A stretch of DNA of 64,000 nucleotides, from positions 536,592 through 600,591 of the forward strand of contig DAMBIX010000001.1 of the NCBI GenBank assembly GCA_032067765.1. Direction: 5' to 3'. Position 1 is the first letter of the stretch, and every line of letters begins with the position of its first letter. Position numbers and translations under genes: made by a program. Below are positions 38,535-47,609 of the stretch, piece after piece. The notes under the pieces were generated by a model that was given only the letters and a program-made list of their open reading frames with translations, did not search any database and had not been told where the DNA came from. Source of the DNA: Pseudomonas sp. (GTDB lineage: Bacteria > Pseudomonadota > Gammaproteobacteria > Pseudomonadales > Pseudomonadaceae).

Positions 38535-38903
38535 ATGCCAACCGACTCCAAACCATACGCGAAGCGTGCAATGCCTACCGAAACTCGCTATCTGCTCGAT
38601 GAACTGGAAACTGCCGACATGCTCGAAGTCGATGGTTTGCATGCCTGGCAATTCAACCTCAATGACGAACTGCTCGACCGCGCCGAGGCGGCCGCAATCG
38701 CAGGCGAGCCCTTCGCAAGCGATGAGATCGTTGTCCGTATCGAGTCGGTTGACGGCCGCGAGCGGCGCAACTGGGCGTTCAGTTACAACAGCGTAATGGA
38801 AGCGCGATATTGCGAAGACGAGCAGTACTGGCTCATCGCAGATGCGCCGCAAACGCGCATTCGGTGCCTCGGCGCGATCAGCGCAAACGTTGACGATGAG
38901 TAA
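38535..38903 (+). CDS. Acidic hypothetical protein (~122 aa)
   Basis: Coding-like ORF with no recognisable motif. The start is uncertain (ATG 38535 or 38571). Confidence 0.45.
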   Translation: MPTDSKPYAKRAMPTETRYLLDELETADMLEVDGLHAWQFNLNDELLDRAEAAAIAGEPFASDEIVVRIESVDGRERRNWAFSYNSVMEARYCEDEQYWLIADAPQTRIRCLGAISANVDDE

Positions 38904-38912
38904 CCGCACACA

Positions 38913-39824
38913 TCAATCCGGGCCCTCGCCGCGCCGTAGCAACAGCACGATAGCGAGCACCACCATCAAGCTACCCGGCAGCCAATGCCAGCCGATTCGC
39001 TGTGGTTGGACGATGAACAGCACCACCATCGACACGAACGGGACCAGATAGCTATAAGCGGTGACCGCGCCCGGTGTCAGCACCGCTGTGGCCCGCTGTT
39101 GCAGAAAAAATGTCATGCCGCTGGAGAACACGCCCAGATAGATCACCAGCGCCATGTCGCTCAGGTTCATCCGCGCCAATGCAGCCGGCTGCTCCCAGAT
39201 CAGCCCGAGCAGGCCTATCAGTATCGCGCCTATCAACAGGCTCCAGAACGTCCGCAAGCCGGCCTGTCGGGCCAGAATACCTCGCTGCAATCCCCATTTG
39301 CTCAACACCGGATACATCGCCGAGGCAATGCAGCCGAAGAAGAAGGCCAGCTCGCCAAGGCCGAACTTCAGCTCAGCAAGGTCTCCATTGCTTTCGGCCA
39401 GCGCCAGACCCAAAGCACCGAACGCACCCAGCGCGAGGATCGCCAGCAACCGACCTGCCGGCCGCTCGACGCCCAAGCTTCGCCCTATGCAGTAGGCCAG
39501 CAGCGGCACGCTGACGAACAGTGTTGCCATCGATAGCGCGCTGATACGGTGTGCGGCCCAGAACATGGTGCCGAAGAAGCCGGCCAAGCTCAGGCCCATC
39601 AGTGCATACAGCAGCAGTCCCGGAAGGCTCAGCCAGCGCTCCTCCTGGCGCAACAGCAGCGGGAGCAATGCCAACGCGGCAATACTGAAGCGGATGGCAG
39701 TCAGTAGCAGCGGCGGCAGCCCTTCACTCATCAGCCCCACCGCGGGGAAGGACAGTCCAACGAACAGCGCCCAGAGCAGCATGCCCAGGTGTGCACGGGT
39801 AGTACCACGCTTAGCCTCAGTCAT
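38913..39824 (-). CDS. DMT-superfamily (EamA-like) transporter
   Basis: 303 aa with about 10 TM helices in two EamA-like halves. The ATG at 39824 overlaps the MarR stop by 8 nt. Confidence 0.85.
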   Translation of the reverse strand: MTEAKRGTTRAHLGMLLWALFVGLSFPAVGLMSEGLPPLLLTAIRFSIAALALLPLLLRQEERWLSLPGLLLYALMGLSLAGFFGTMFWAAHRISALSMATLFVSVPLLAYCIGRSLGVERPAGRLLAILALGAFGALGLALAESNGDLAELKFGLGELAFFFGCIASAMYPVLSKWGLQRGILARQAGLRTFWSLLIGAILIGLLGLIWEQPAALARMNLSDMALVIYLGVFSSGMTFFLQQRATAVLTPGAVTAYSYLVPFVSMVVLFIVQPQRIGWHWLPGSLMVVLAIVLLLRRGEGPD

Positions 39825-40332
39825 CGCCCTGCTCCTCCAAGGCCAGCAGCAGCGTGCGCAGCCCACTCGCCAAGGCCTGTTTCTGTTCCTGATCGAGCGG
39901 CGCCTGCATGCGCTGCAGCGTCGCCAGATACTCATCGAGGCAGCCGAGTAACACTCCCTGCCCTTCGTCGCTGAGGCGTATCAACAAGCTGCGGCGGTCG
40001 GCCGGGTTGGCGACACGCTGGATCAATCCCGCCGCCTCGAGGCGATCGAGCCGGTTGGTCATGGCGCCCGAACTGAGTACGGCCGCGTGGCGCAAAGCGT
40101 TCGGCGTCAGCCCTTGCGGCTGGCCGCTGCGATAGAGCGTTGCGAGCAGATCGAATTCGCCGTCATGCAAACCATGCTTGCGAAACACCGCGGCGATACG
40201 ACGGTTGAGGTATTTGGAAAGCCGATACACACGCGTGAAGATCGCCATCGGCGATGCGTCGCCTTCGGGGCGCACGTTGTGCCATTGAGCGATCACGCCG
40301 TCGACGTGATCGCCAGTCTCGGGCTCATGCAT
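39817..40332 (-). CDS. MarR-family transcriptional regulator
   Basis: Winged-HTH core (GEFDLLATLYRSG...LTPNALRHAAVLSSGAMTNRLDRLEAAGLIQRVANPADRRSLLIRLSDEG). Start at ATG 40332 with a GGAG RBS. Confidence 0.85.
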   Translation of the reverse strand: MHEPETGDHVDGVIAQWHNVRPEGDASPMAIFTRVYRLSKYLNRRIAAVFRKHGLHDGEFDLLATLYRSGQPQGLTPNALRHAAVLSSGAMTNRLDRLEAAGLIQRVANPADRRSLLIRLSDEGQGVLLGCLDEYLATLQRMQAPLDQEQKQALASGLRTLLLALEEQGDD

Positions 40333-40487
40333 AGATAGCTCCAAGAAAAGAATCTTCATGTGAAGCTAAATAGACACAGCAAGGAAGGCAAGCGCCAACA
40401 GCGCATAGTAGGAACGGGGCGACGAACGACGCTCGGTCCGTTGAATAACCGGGCGCGCAACAGGGATACACGCCCGAATGAGAGGAG

Positions 40488-40790
40488 TTATCTCAGCTCG
40501 GACGGCGAGTTACGGACGATCTTGATCGAATGGGTGAGCGTTGGCTTGCGAGTGACGCTAATGGCCTTGCGCGTTACCGTGTCGATGGTGATATTCCAGA
40601 ATCCGGTATTCGGCACCTTAATCTTCGCCGGAAACTTGTCGAAGGCACCGCCGTGATAGGTGTGACGGCCACCGTTCTTGAAGCTGCGGAAATTTTTGTC
40701 GTTCATCAGACGAATATTGCAGGGCTGCGAACATTCGATGATCACGAAGTCATCTTCGTTCAGGTGTTCGCGCTGGTGAATGAACTTCAT
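40488..40790 (-). CDS. DUF1883 domain protein
   Basis: 100 aa; MKFIHQREHLNEDDFVIIECSQPCNIRLMNDKNFRSFKNGGRHTYHGG... matches my memory of DUF1883. The gene is visibly more AT-rich than its neighbours. Confidence 0.7.
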   Translation of the reverse strand: MKFIHQREHLNEDDFVIIECSQPCNIRLMNDKNFRSFKNGGRHTYHGGAFDKFPAKIKVPNTGFWNITIDTVTRKAISVTRKPTLTHSIKIVRNSPSELR

Positions 40791-40949
40791 GTACCGCTCC
40801 GGACCGCTTTCTGGCAAAAGCGAAGATTACCATGCGCGCGCCCACCGCTGAGAGCGCCGAGCCCGCCGTTCTTTGACACAATAGCGCCTGCCCTACCGGT
40901 TTGACGCGCAAGCGCCGGCCTTCACTCCTGCTGCTCAAGGACTTCGCGC

Positions 40950-42098
40950 ATGCCTGCGGCGACCCTTTCCGTTAATGCCGCATCGCCCGTTGCCCGCCGC
41001 GCCACCCGGGTTGGTTTCTTCATGGCCGGGTTCGGTCTGTCCGTATGGGCGCCACTGGTACCCTATGTACGCGAGCGCATCGCGATGAGCGATGCGCTGT
41101 TCGGCACGCTGCTACTATGCATCGGCATCGGCTCACTGACCTGGATGCCGCTGTCCGGATTGTTAGTGACCCGGTGCGGCATCCGCCCGGTCGTGCTGTC
41201 CAGCGTGGTCCTATTGCTTTTCGCGCTGGTCGGGATGGCCCTGACCGAATCGATCTGGATTCTAGCCCTGGCCCTGTTCTGTTTCGGTGGCAGCCTTGGT
41301 GTCATCGATGTGGTGCTCAACATCCAGGGCGTGCTGATCGAGCGCGACACCGGCAAGCGGCACATGTCGAACTTTCACGGCATGTTCAGCCTGGGTTCGA
41401 TTTGCGGCGCGCTGGCGCTCACCGCCGCGCTGACCCTGGGCCTCGCGCCAGCAGCCGGCACCTTTTTGATGATCACTGCGATCGCGCTCGCGAACGTTGC
41501 GGTGGCACCTGGGTTTCTACGGGACAAGGCGCCAGCGGGCGGGGTCGCCTTCGTTCGCCCTAGCGGTATGGTCCTGCTGGTCGGCGCCCTGTGCTTCGTC
41601 GTCTACCTGGCCGAAGGCGCGGTACTGGATTGGAGCGCACTCTACCTCACCGAGCACAAGGCATTGGATACCGCCAAGGGCGGCCTGGGCTACGCAAGCT
41701 TCGCCCTAATGGTAACCGTTGGCCGCTTCGCCGGGACGCCAGTGGTAAACAGTCTAGGGACCGCACGCGTGATCGGTTTCGGCGGATTGTTGGCGGGAAC
41801 CGGCATTGGCTTGAGCATCGTAACGGAACATTGGGCGCTTGCCCTTCTCGGTTACGGCTTGTGTGGCCTGGGCTGTGCCAACGTCTCGCCAGTATTGATT
41901 TCGTCGCTGAGCCGGCAACACAGCATGCCGGTGCATCAGGCAATCACTGCGGCAACCACCATCGGCTTTGCTGGCGTTCTTGCCGGTCCGGCAGTGATCG
42001 GAGTGATTGCGCACTATGGGTCGCTGACTCTCGCCTTTGGCCTGCTCGCGGTGCTGTTGTTCGGGCTCGCATTGGGCAGCCGCCGCTTCACGGAATGA
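40950..42098 (+). CDS. MFS transporter (12-TM, ~380 aa class)
   Basis: Hydrophobic throughout, with periodic TM helices and an MFS-like loop after TM2. Confidence 0.8.
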   Translation: MPAATLSVNAASPVARRATRVGFFMAGFGLSVWAPLVPYVRERIAMSDALFGTLLLCIGIGSLTWMPLSGLLVTRCGIRPVVLSSVVLLLFALVGMALTESIWILALALFCFGGSLGVIDVVLNIQGVLIERDTGKRHMSNFHGMFSLGSICGALALTAALTLGLAPAAGTFLMITAIALANVAVAPGFLRDKAPAGGVAFVRPSGMVLLVGALCFVVYLAEGAVLDWSALYLTEHKALDTAKGGLGYASFALMVTVGRFAGTPVVNSLGTARVIGFGGLLAGTGIGLSIVTEHWALALLGYGLCGLGCANVSPVLISSLSRQHSMPVHQAITAATTIGFAGVLAGPAVIGVIAHYGSLTLAFGLLAVLLFGLALGSRRFTE

Positions 42099-42184
42099 AT
42101 GTGGGCGACCCAGGTCCAGACAATCGCTGTAATCCTCACGCCGCTACAGACCGGCCCTTAGCCTTTGGCTAGAATGCGCGCCCT

Positions 42185-43243
42185 ATGCGCATCCAAGACA
42201 TCCATCTGCAGCTCGCCGAGATCGGCGCCAAGCCCCTTCATATCGGTCGGCTAACGCGTGCGTGGCTCAAGGGGCAGGCGCTGGACGTCGGGACACGCCA
42301 CCAGAAAACGGAAAATTTTCTGCCGCTGTCCGTACGCGAAGGCCTCCCCGCTGTCAGCGAAACCATTGAAAAGCTGGCTCGGCTACGTTCAGAGCACCCA
42401 GGCGATGATGGCTCCGCACGTTTGCTGGTAGAGCTGGCGGACGGCCAGATGGTTGAAAGCGTTCTCTTGCCTCGCGACGGCCTGTGCGTATCGAGTCAGG
42501 TCGGCTGCGCGGTCGGTTGCGTATTCTGCATGACCGGCAAGAGCGGCTTGTTGCGGCAGCTCGGCAGCGCCGAGATCGTCGCCCAGGTTGCCCTCGCTCG
42601 ACGCTTCCGTCCGGTGACGAAGGTGGTCTTCATGGGCATGGGCGAGCCGGCGCACAATCTCGACAACGTGCTCGAGGCTATCGACCTATTGGGCACCGAC
42701 GGCGGCATCGGTCACAAGAACCTGGTGTTCTCCACCGTTGGCGATCCCCGCGTATTCGAGCGCCTACCGCGCCAGAAGGTAAGGCCGGCATTGGCCTTAT
42801 CGCTGCACAGTACCGATGCAGCGCTGCGGCGCGAGCTACTGCCACGGGCACCCGATATCAACCCCGACGAGTTGGTTGCGCTGGGCGAAGCCTATGCGCG
42901 TCTGGTCGATTATCCGATTCAGTACCAGTGGACGCTGCTCAAAGGCATCAATGACAGCCAGGAAGAAATGGACGGCATCATCCGCCTGCTCAAAGGCAAG
43001 TTCGCGATCATGAACGTGATCCCCTACAACAGCCTCGACGATGACGAATACCAACGCCCCGCCGCCGACCGTATCCACCAGATCATGCGCTACCTGCACC
43101 AGAACGGCGTCCTGACCAAAGTGCGCAACTCGGCGGGCCAGGACATCGATGGCGGCTGCGGACAGCTGCGGGCTCGCGCCGAACGGATCATCCGTACACG
43201 CCGACTGCCAACGGAAAAGCCGGCACCAGAGCCGGCGGACTGA
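42185..43243 (+). CDS. RlmN/Cfr-family radical-SAM RNA methyltransferase paralogue
   Basis: GLCVSSQVGCAVGCVFCMTG (a mechanistic Cys plus the CxxxCxxC cluster), a GMGEP motif, and the C-terminal DIDGGCGQL Cys. Confidence 0.85.
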   Translation: MRIQDIHLQLAEIGAKPLHIGRLTRAWLKGQALDVGTRHQKTENFLPLSVREGLPAVSETIEKLARLRSEHPGDDGSARLLVELADGQMVESVLLPRDGLCVSSQVGCAVGCVFCMTGKSGLLRQLGSAEIVAQVALARRFRPVTKVVFMGMGEPAHNLDNVLEAIDLLGTDGGIGHKNLVFSTVGDPRVFERLPRQKVRPALALSLHSTDAALRRELLPRAPDINPDELVALGEAYARLVDYPIQYQWTLLKGINDSQEEMDGIIRLLKGKFAIMNVIPYNSLDDDEYQRPAADRIHQIMRYLHQNGVLTKVRNSAGQDIDGGCGQLRARAERIIRTRRLPTEKPAPEPAD

Positions 43244-43356
43244 ACATACACGCCCCTTCAGTGTCGTAGCGCATTGCCTAGCTGCCTTGGCGCGCACCCT
43301 TCCGCCCTGCAACCATCCGCTATTGCCAGCCTCATCGAGGCTCGCACGAGGACAGC

Positions 43357-44697
43357 ATGAACACACTGGCACAATTGAAACGCGGCGAACTGGCCGGCGT
43401 CACTCGCCTGGATCTATCAGAACAACTGGAAACCTTCCCCAGCGAAATCTTCGATCTGGCCGACAGCCTGGAAGTGCTCAATCTCTCAGGCAACCGCCTC
43501 AGCTGCCTGCCATCTGACCTGTGGCGACTGCATAAGCTGCGCATCCTGTTCTGCTCGGACAATGCATTCACCGAGCTGCCGGTGGGGGTCGGCATGTGCC
43601 ACGGGCTAGAGATGGTCGGCTTCAAGGCCAACCGCATTCGCCATCTACCCGCCGAAGCGCTGCCTCCTGCACTGCGCTGGTTGATTCTTACCGACAACCA
43701 ACTCGAATCCGTGCCTGAGGAGATCGGCCGCTGCACGCGGTTGCAAAAATTGATGCTGGCCGGCAATCGGCTGCGGACGCTGCCTGAATCCCTTTCCCGC
43801 TGCAGCCGTCTAGAGCTGCTGCGCATCGCCGCAAACCGCCTCCCCGCCCTGCCCGACTGGCTACTGGCGATGCCTCGGCTGACGTGGCTGGCCTTTGCCG
43901 GCAACCCGTTCAGCGACGCGATCGAGGCAGATGCCCTGGCACAGCACCCGCTGCCACCGGTCGATCGCAGCCAGGTCAGCTTGGGCGAAGTGCTCGGCCA
44001 GGGAGCCTCAGGCGTTATCCATCGCGCCGACTGGCAGCACGTCGGCCAAGCACCACGGGCCTTGGCCGCCAAGCTATTCAAGGGAGCAATGACCAGCGAT
44101 GGCCTGCCGCATAGCGAAATAGCCGCCTGCATCACTGCGGGTGACCATCCCAACCTGATCCCTATCGTCGGGCCACTGGCCGCCAGCGCCCAAGCGCTAC
44201 CAGGCTTGCTGATGGAGCTCATCGACGCCTCCTACAGGCCTCTGGCCGGACCGCCATCGCTCGCCAGCTGCACCCGCGACTGTTATGAACCGGAGCGACG
44301 TTTTTCTGTCGGACAAGTGCTACGCATCGCGACAGCCGTGGCCTCGGTGGTGAGCCACCTTCACCAACGCGGCATTCTTCACGGCGACCTATACGGCCAC
44401 AACCTGTTGGTCGATCCGATCGACAGGACCTTGCTAAGCGACTTCGGCGCAGCATCTTTTTTCACACCGCAAAGCGAGCACGGCCAGGCGCTCCAGCGAC
44501 TCGAAGCCCGGGCATTCGGCTGTTTGTTGGAAGAACTGCTTGATCGCTGCGATGCCGCCATAGAGGATCCGCGCCTTCAGCAAGTGCACGCACTGCAGCG
44601 ACAGTGCATGCTCGATGCCTCAGCGCAACGCCCTTTATTCACGGAGCTGAAGCAAGAGCTGGAAACAATCCTCGGTTCCGGCCAGTTAGTTGCATGA
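43357..44697 (+). CDS. Leucine-rich-repeat protein fused to a Hanks-type (eukaryotic-like) Ser/Thr protein kinase domain, non-RD type
   Basis: 7-8 LRRs of ~23 aa in residues ~15-195. Kinase motifs are LGQGASGV, LAAKLFK, HGDLYGHNLLV and SDFGAA. No signal peptide or TM helix. Confidence 0.85.
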   Translation: MNTLAQLKRGELAGVTRLDLSEQLETFPSEIFDLADSLEVLNLSGNRLSCLPSDLWRLHKLRILFCSDNAFTELPVGVGMCHGLEMVGFKANRIRHLPAEALPPALRWLILTDNQLESVPEEIGRCTRLQKLMLAGNRLRTLPESLSRCSRLELLRIAANRLPALPDWLLAMPRLTWLAFAGNPFSDAIEADALAQHPLPPVDRSQVSLGEVLGQGASGVIHRADWQHVGQAPRALAAKLFKGAMTSDGLPHSEIAACITAGDHPNLIPIVGPLAASAQALPGLLMELIDASYRPLAGPPSLASCTRDCYEPERRFSVGQVLRIATAVASVVSHLHQRGILHGDLYGHNLLVDPIDRTLLSDFGAASFFTPQSEHGQALQRLEARAFGCLLEELLDRCDAAIEDPRLQQVHALQRQCMLDASAQRPLFTELKQELETILGSGQLVA

Positions 44698-44737
44698 GAT
44701 TGCCGACTATTCACTACGCCGACGGCAATCTGACGCT

Positions 44738-45190
44738 ATGTCTCCTTCCGATCCTAACTCCACCGACGACCTCGGCCGCTACCCGGCCTCCGACAGTACC
44801 GCAGCGCTCGGGCATGACCCGTTCATCATCGGCCTGAAGCAACGATTGCCAGAAGAGCTTCGAGAGACCTTCACTGACCAACAACTGGCGGGGCTTCGCA
44901 GCGCCTTCGCCACACGCTCATGGGCGCGGCACAAGATCGACCTGCGCGGTACTTTCAATCTATGGAACAACCAGTACTATTTCGTCCTGGTCGGTGGTCG
45001 CAACAAGCGAAATTTATCTCGCGGGCAACGCAACCTGTCGCTGGCGGCCAAGGCCAGCGCGATCACGTTGTTTCTGTTTTTTTCCGTACTGGTGGGGCTG
45101 GTCGTGCTGTACTTGCTCAAATCCGCGCTTGGCATCAATCTGCTGCCCAACTATTCGCTCGGCCTATGGGATTGGTTCAAGGGGCGTTGA
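44738..45190 (+). CDS. Hypothetical membrane-anchored protein (one C-terminal TM helix)
   Basis: Coding-like ORF with the TM segment AITLFLFFSVLVGLVVLYLL. The start is uncertain (ATG 44738, or TTG 44690 overlapping the kinase stop). Confidence 0.5.
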   Translation: MSPSDPNSTDDLGRYPASDSTAALGHDPFIIGLKQRLPEELRETFTDQQLAGLRSAFATRSWARHKIDLRGTFNLWNNQYYFVLVGGRNKRNLSRGQRNLSLAAKASAITLFLFFSVLVGLVVLYLLKSALGINLLPNYSLGLWDWFKGR

Positions 45191-45371
45191 TTGCCAAGCA
45201 CGGCCTCGGGCCCATTCAAGCTTGGACAACCCAAGACGGGGCCGACGTGCGAAGCGCCGCACCGCCCCAAGCCTACCGAAGCAGCTACCGACGCCATGCC
45301 GATTCACCAAGGCCGACCCACGTCGCCGAATGCTGACTAGACTCTCTGAGACCATGGTCTTCGAGGTGTCT

Positions 45372-45590
45372 ATGAATGACGAGCAAGAGGGTAAACCACT
45401 TACTTTGCGACAAATGCTGCAAAGCGTTCTGGCCGGTGCGCTGGGCGTGCAGAGCGGGAAGAACCGCGCGCGCGACTTCACTCAGGGCAAGCCCAGCCAC
45501 TTCATTCTGCTGGGTGTGGGTTTCACTGTGGCGTTCGTGCTTGTGATTCTCGGCGTGGTCAAGCTGGTGCTGTATTTAGTGGGGCTGTGA
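45372..45590 (+). CDS. DUF2970 small membrane protein
   Basis: 72 aa; ...LAGALGVQSGKNRARDFTQGKPSHFILLGVGFTVAFVLVILGVV. Followed by a GGGGCTG/CAGCCCC hairpin at 45581-45598. Confidence 0.6.
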   Translation: MNDEQEGKPLTLRQMLQSVLAGALGVQSGKNRARDFTQGKPSHFILLGVGFTVAFVLVILGVVKLVLYLVGL

Positions 45591-45609
45591 CCAGCCCCCT
45601 CCTCTGCTT

Positions 45610-45723
45610 CTATTGATGGCTGACCCAGAAAACCGCCGTTGCAACCGCCAAAACTATCAGGACGAAGATGGCGGTAGCATCCGCCCTACTGTCGTTACCG
45701 CGGTGATTGGAATGCTCGGACAC
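45610..45723 (-). CDS. Candidate 37-aa single-TM micro-protein (below the ORF-track cut-off)
   Basis: GTG start with a strong AAGGAG SD 7 nt upstream. Translation is MSEHSNHRGNDSRADATAIFVLIVLAVATAVFWVSHQ. Confidence 0.3.
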   Translation of the reverse strand: MSEHSNHRGNDSRADATAIFVLIVLAVATAVFWVSHQ

Positions 45724-45950
45724 GGCTGTTCTCCTTGTTATTGAAGCTCGCGTTGATGCAGTTAAGACCACGCAGGCAAGGCGCTCAAGGCTAGGGGCCT
45801 AAATACCGAAAAAGCGGTGTTTCGTTCTAAACATATTCCCAAACATCACTTTTGCGCATAACCGCTAGCTGGTATCTTGCCGCCCTCCCTGAATGGGTGC
45901 GCGGCCGTGCGCGCAACAAGCTGTAGACAGCCCTGAGAACAGGACATCCC

Positions 45951-47609
45951 ATGTACGTTTACGACCAGTACGACCAACACATCATCGAGGATCGCGTCCG
46001 CCAGTTTCGCGATCAGACCCGCCGCTTCCTGGCGGGCGAGCTCGGTGGCGAGGAATTTCGCCCGCTGCGCCTGCAGAATGGCCTGTACATTCAACGCTAT
46101 GCGCCCATGTTGCGTATCGCGGTGCCCTACGGGTTGCTGTCTTCGACCCAGGTGCGCAAGCTGGCTGAAATCGCTCGCAACTATGACAAGGGCTATGCCC
46201 ACATCAGTACCCGGACCAACGTACAGTTCAACTGGCCGGAGCTGGAAGATGTTCCGCAGATTCTGGCCGAACTGGCGACAGTGCAGATGCACGCGATCCA
46301 GACCAGCGGTAACTGCATCCGCAACACTACTACTGACCAGTTTGCTGGCGTGGCCAAAGACGAACTGATCGATCCGCGCCCCTGGTGCGAGATCATTCGC
46401 CAATGGTCGACCTTCCATCCAGAGTTCGCCTTCCTGCCGCGCAAGTTCAAGATCGCCGTGAACGGTGCCGTCAGCGATCGCGCTGCCATCGAGGTGCACG
46501 ACATCGGCCTCGAAGCGGTTAAGAACGAAGCCGGCGAGCTGGGCTTCCGCGTGTCGGTTGGTGGCGGCCTGGGTCGTACGCCAATCGTGGGCAGCTTCAT
46601 CAATGAATTCCTGCCCTGGCAGCATCTGCTGACCTATCTTGACGCCATCTTGCGCGTGTACAACCGCTATGGACGCCGCGACAACAAGTTCAAGGCCCGC
46701 ATCAAGATTCTGGTCAAGGCCCTCACGCCGGAAGTCTTCGCCGAGCGCGTCGAGGCCGAATGGTTCCATTTGAGGAACGGATCGAGCACCCTGACCGAAG
46801 CCGAGGTAGAGCGCGTCAGCAAATTCTTTGTCGATCCGGCCTACAGAGCGCTGGAAGACCAGAGTGCCGCCCTCGCTCAGCTCGATGCCGAGCACCCCGG
46901 CTTCGCCCGCTGGCGCCAGCGCAACGTGGTAGCACACAAGAAACCCGGTTACGCAGCTGTCACGCTATCGCTGAAGAGTACCGGCGTGGCGCCGGGCGAC
47001 GTGACCGACCAGCAGCTCGATACAATCGCCGACCTGGCCGATCGTTACAGCTTCGGCGAAGTGCGCAACTCTCACGAGCAGAACATGATCCTCGCCGACG
47101 TCGAGCAATCGCGTCTGTTCGAGCTGTGGAACGAGCTTCGCGAGTTGGGCGTTGCGACGCCGAACATCGGTTTGCTGACCGATATCATTTGCTGCCCTGG
47201 CGGGGACTTCTGCTCGCTGGCCAACGCCAAGTCGATCCCCATTGCCGAAGCCATCCAGCGCCGCTTCGACGATATGGATTATCTGTTCGACATTGGCGAT
47301 ATCGATCTGAACATCTCGGGCTGCATGAACGCCTGTGGACACCACCACGTCGGTCACATCGGCATTCTCGGCGTGGACAAAAAAGGCGCCGAGTTCTACC
47401 AGGTATCCTTGGGCGGCAGTTCCGGTCGCAATGCGAGCCTCGGCCAGATACTCGGCCCGTCCTTCGCTCAAGACGTAATGCCCGACGTAATCGAAAAGAT
47501 CATCGGCGTCTATGTGGAGCAACGCACAGAAGATGAACAGTTTCTCGACACTTTCCGCCGTATTGGCATCGACCCCTTCAAGGAGCGTGTCTATGCAGCG
47601 AATCATTAA
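45951..47609 (+). CDS. cysI: Sulfite reductase hemoprotein (nitrite/sulfite reductase 4Fe-4S/siroheme family)
   Basis: 552 aa with two NIR_SIR repeats and the Cys cluster (DIICCPGGDFCSLANA...SGCMNACGHHH). Confidence 0.9.
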   Translation: MYVYDQYDQHIIEDRVRQFRDQTRRFLAGELGGEEFRPLRLQNGLYIQRYAPMLRIAVPYGLLSSTQVRKLAEIARNYDKGYAHISTRTNVQFNWPELEDVPQILAELATVQMHAIQTSGNCIRNTTTDQFAGVAKDELIDPRPWCEIIRQWSTFHPEFAFLPRKFKIAVNGAVSDRAAIEVHDIGLEAVKNEAGELGFRVSVGGGLGRTPIVGSFINEFLPWQHLLTYLDAILRVYNRYGRRDNKFKARIKILVKALTPEVFAERVEAEWFHLRNGSSTLTEAEVERVSKFFVDPAYRALEDQSAALAQLDAEHPGFARWRQRNVVAHKKPGYAAVTLSLKSTGVAPGDVTDQQLDTIADLADRYSFGEVRNSHEQNMILADVEQSRLFELWNELRELGVATPNIGLLTDIICCPGGDFCSLANAKSIPIAEAIQRRFDDMDYLFDIGDIDLNISGCMNACGHHHVGHIGILGVDKKGAEFYQVSLGGSSGRNASLGQILGPSFAQDVMPDVIEKIIGVYVEQRTEDEQFLDTFRRIGIDPFKERVYAANH

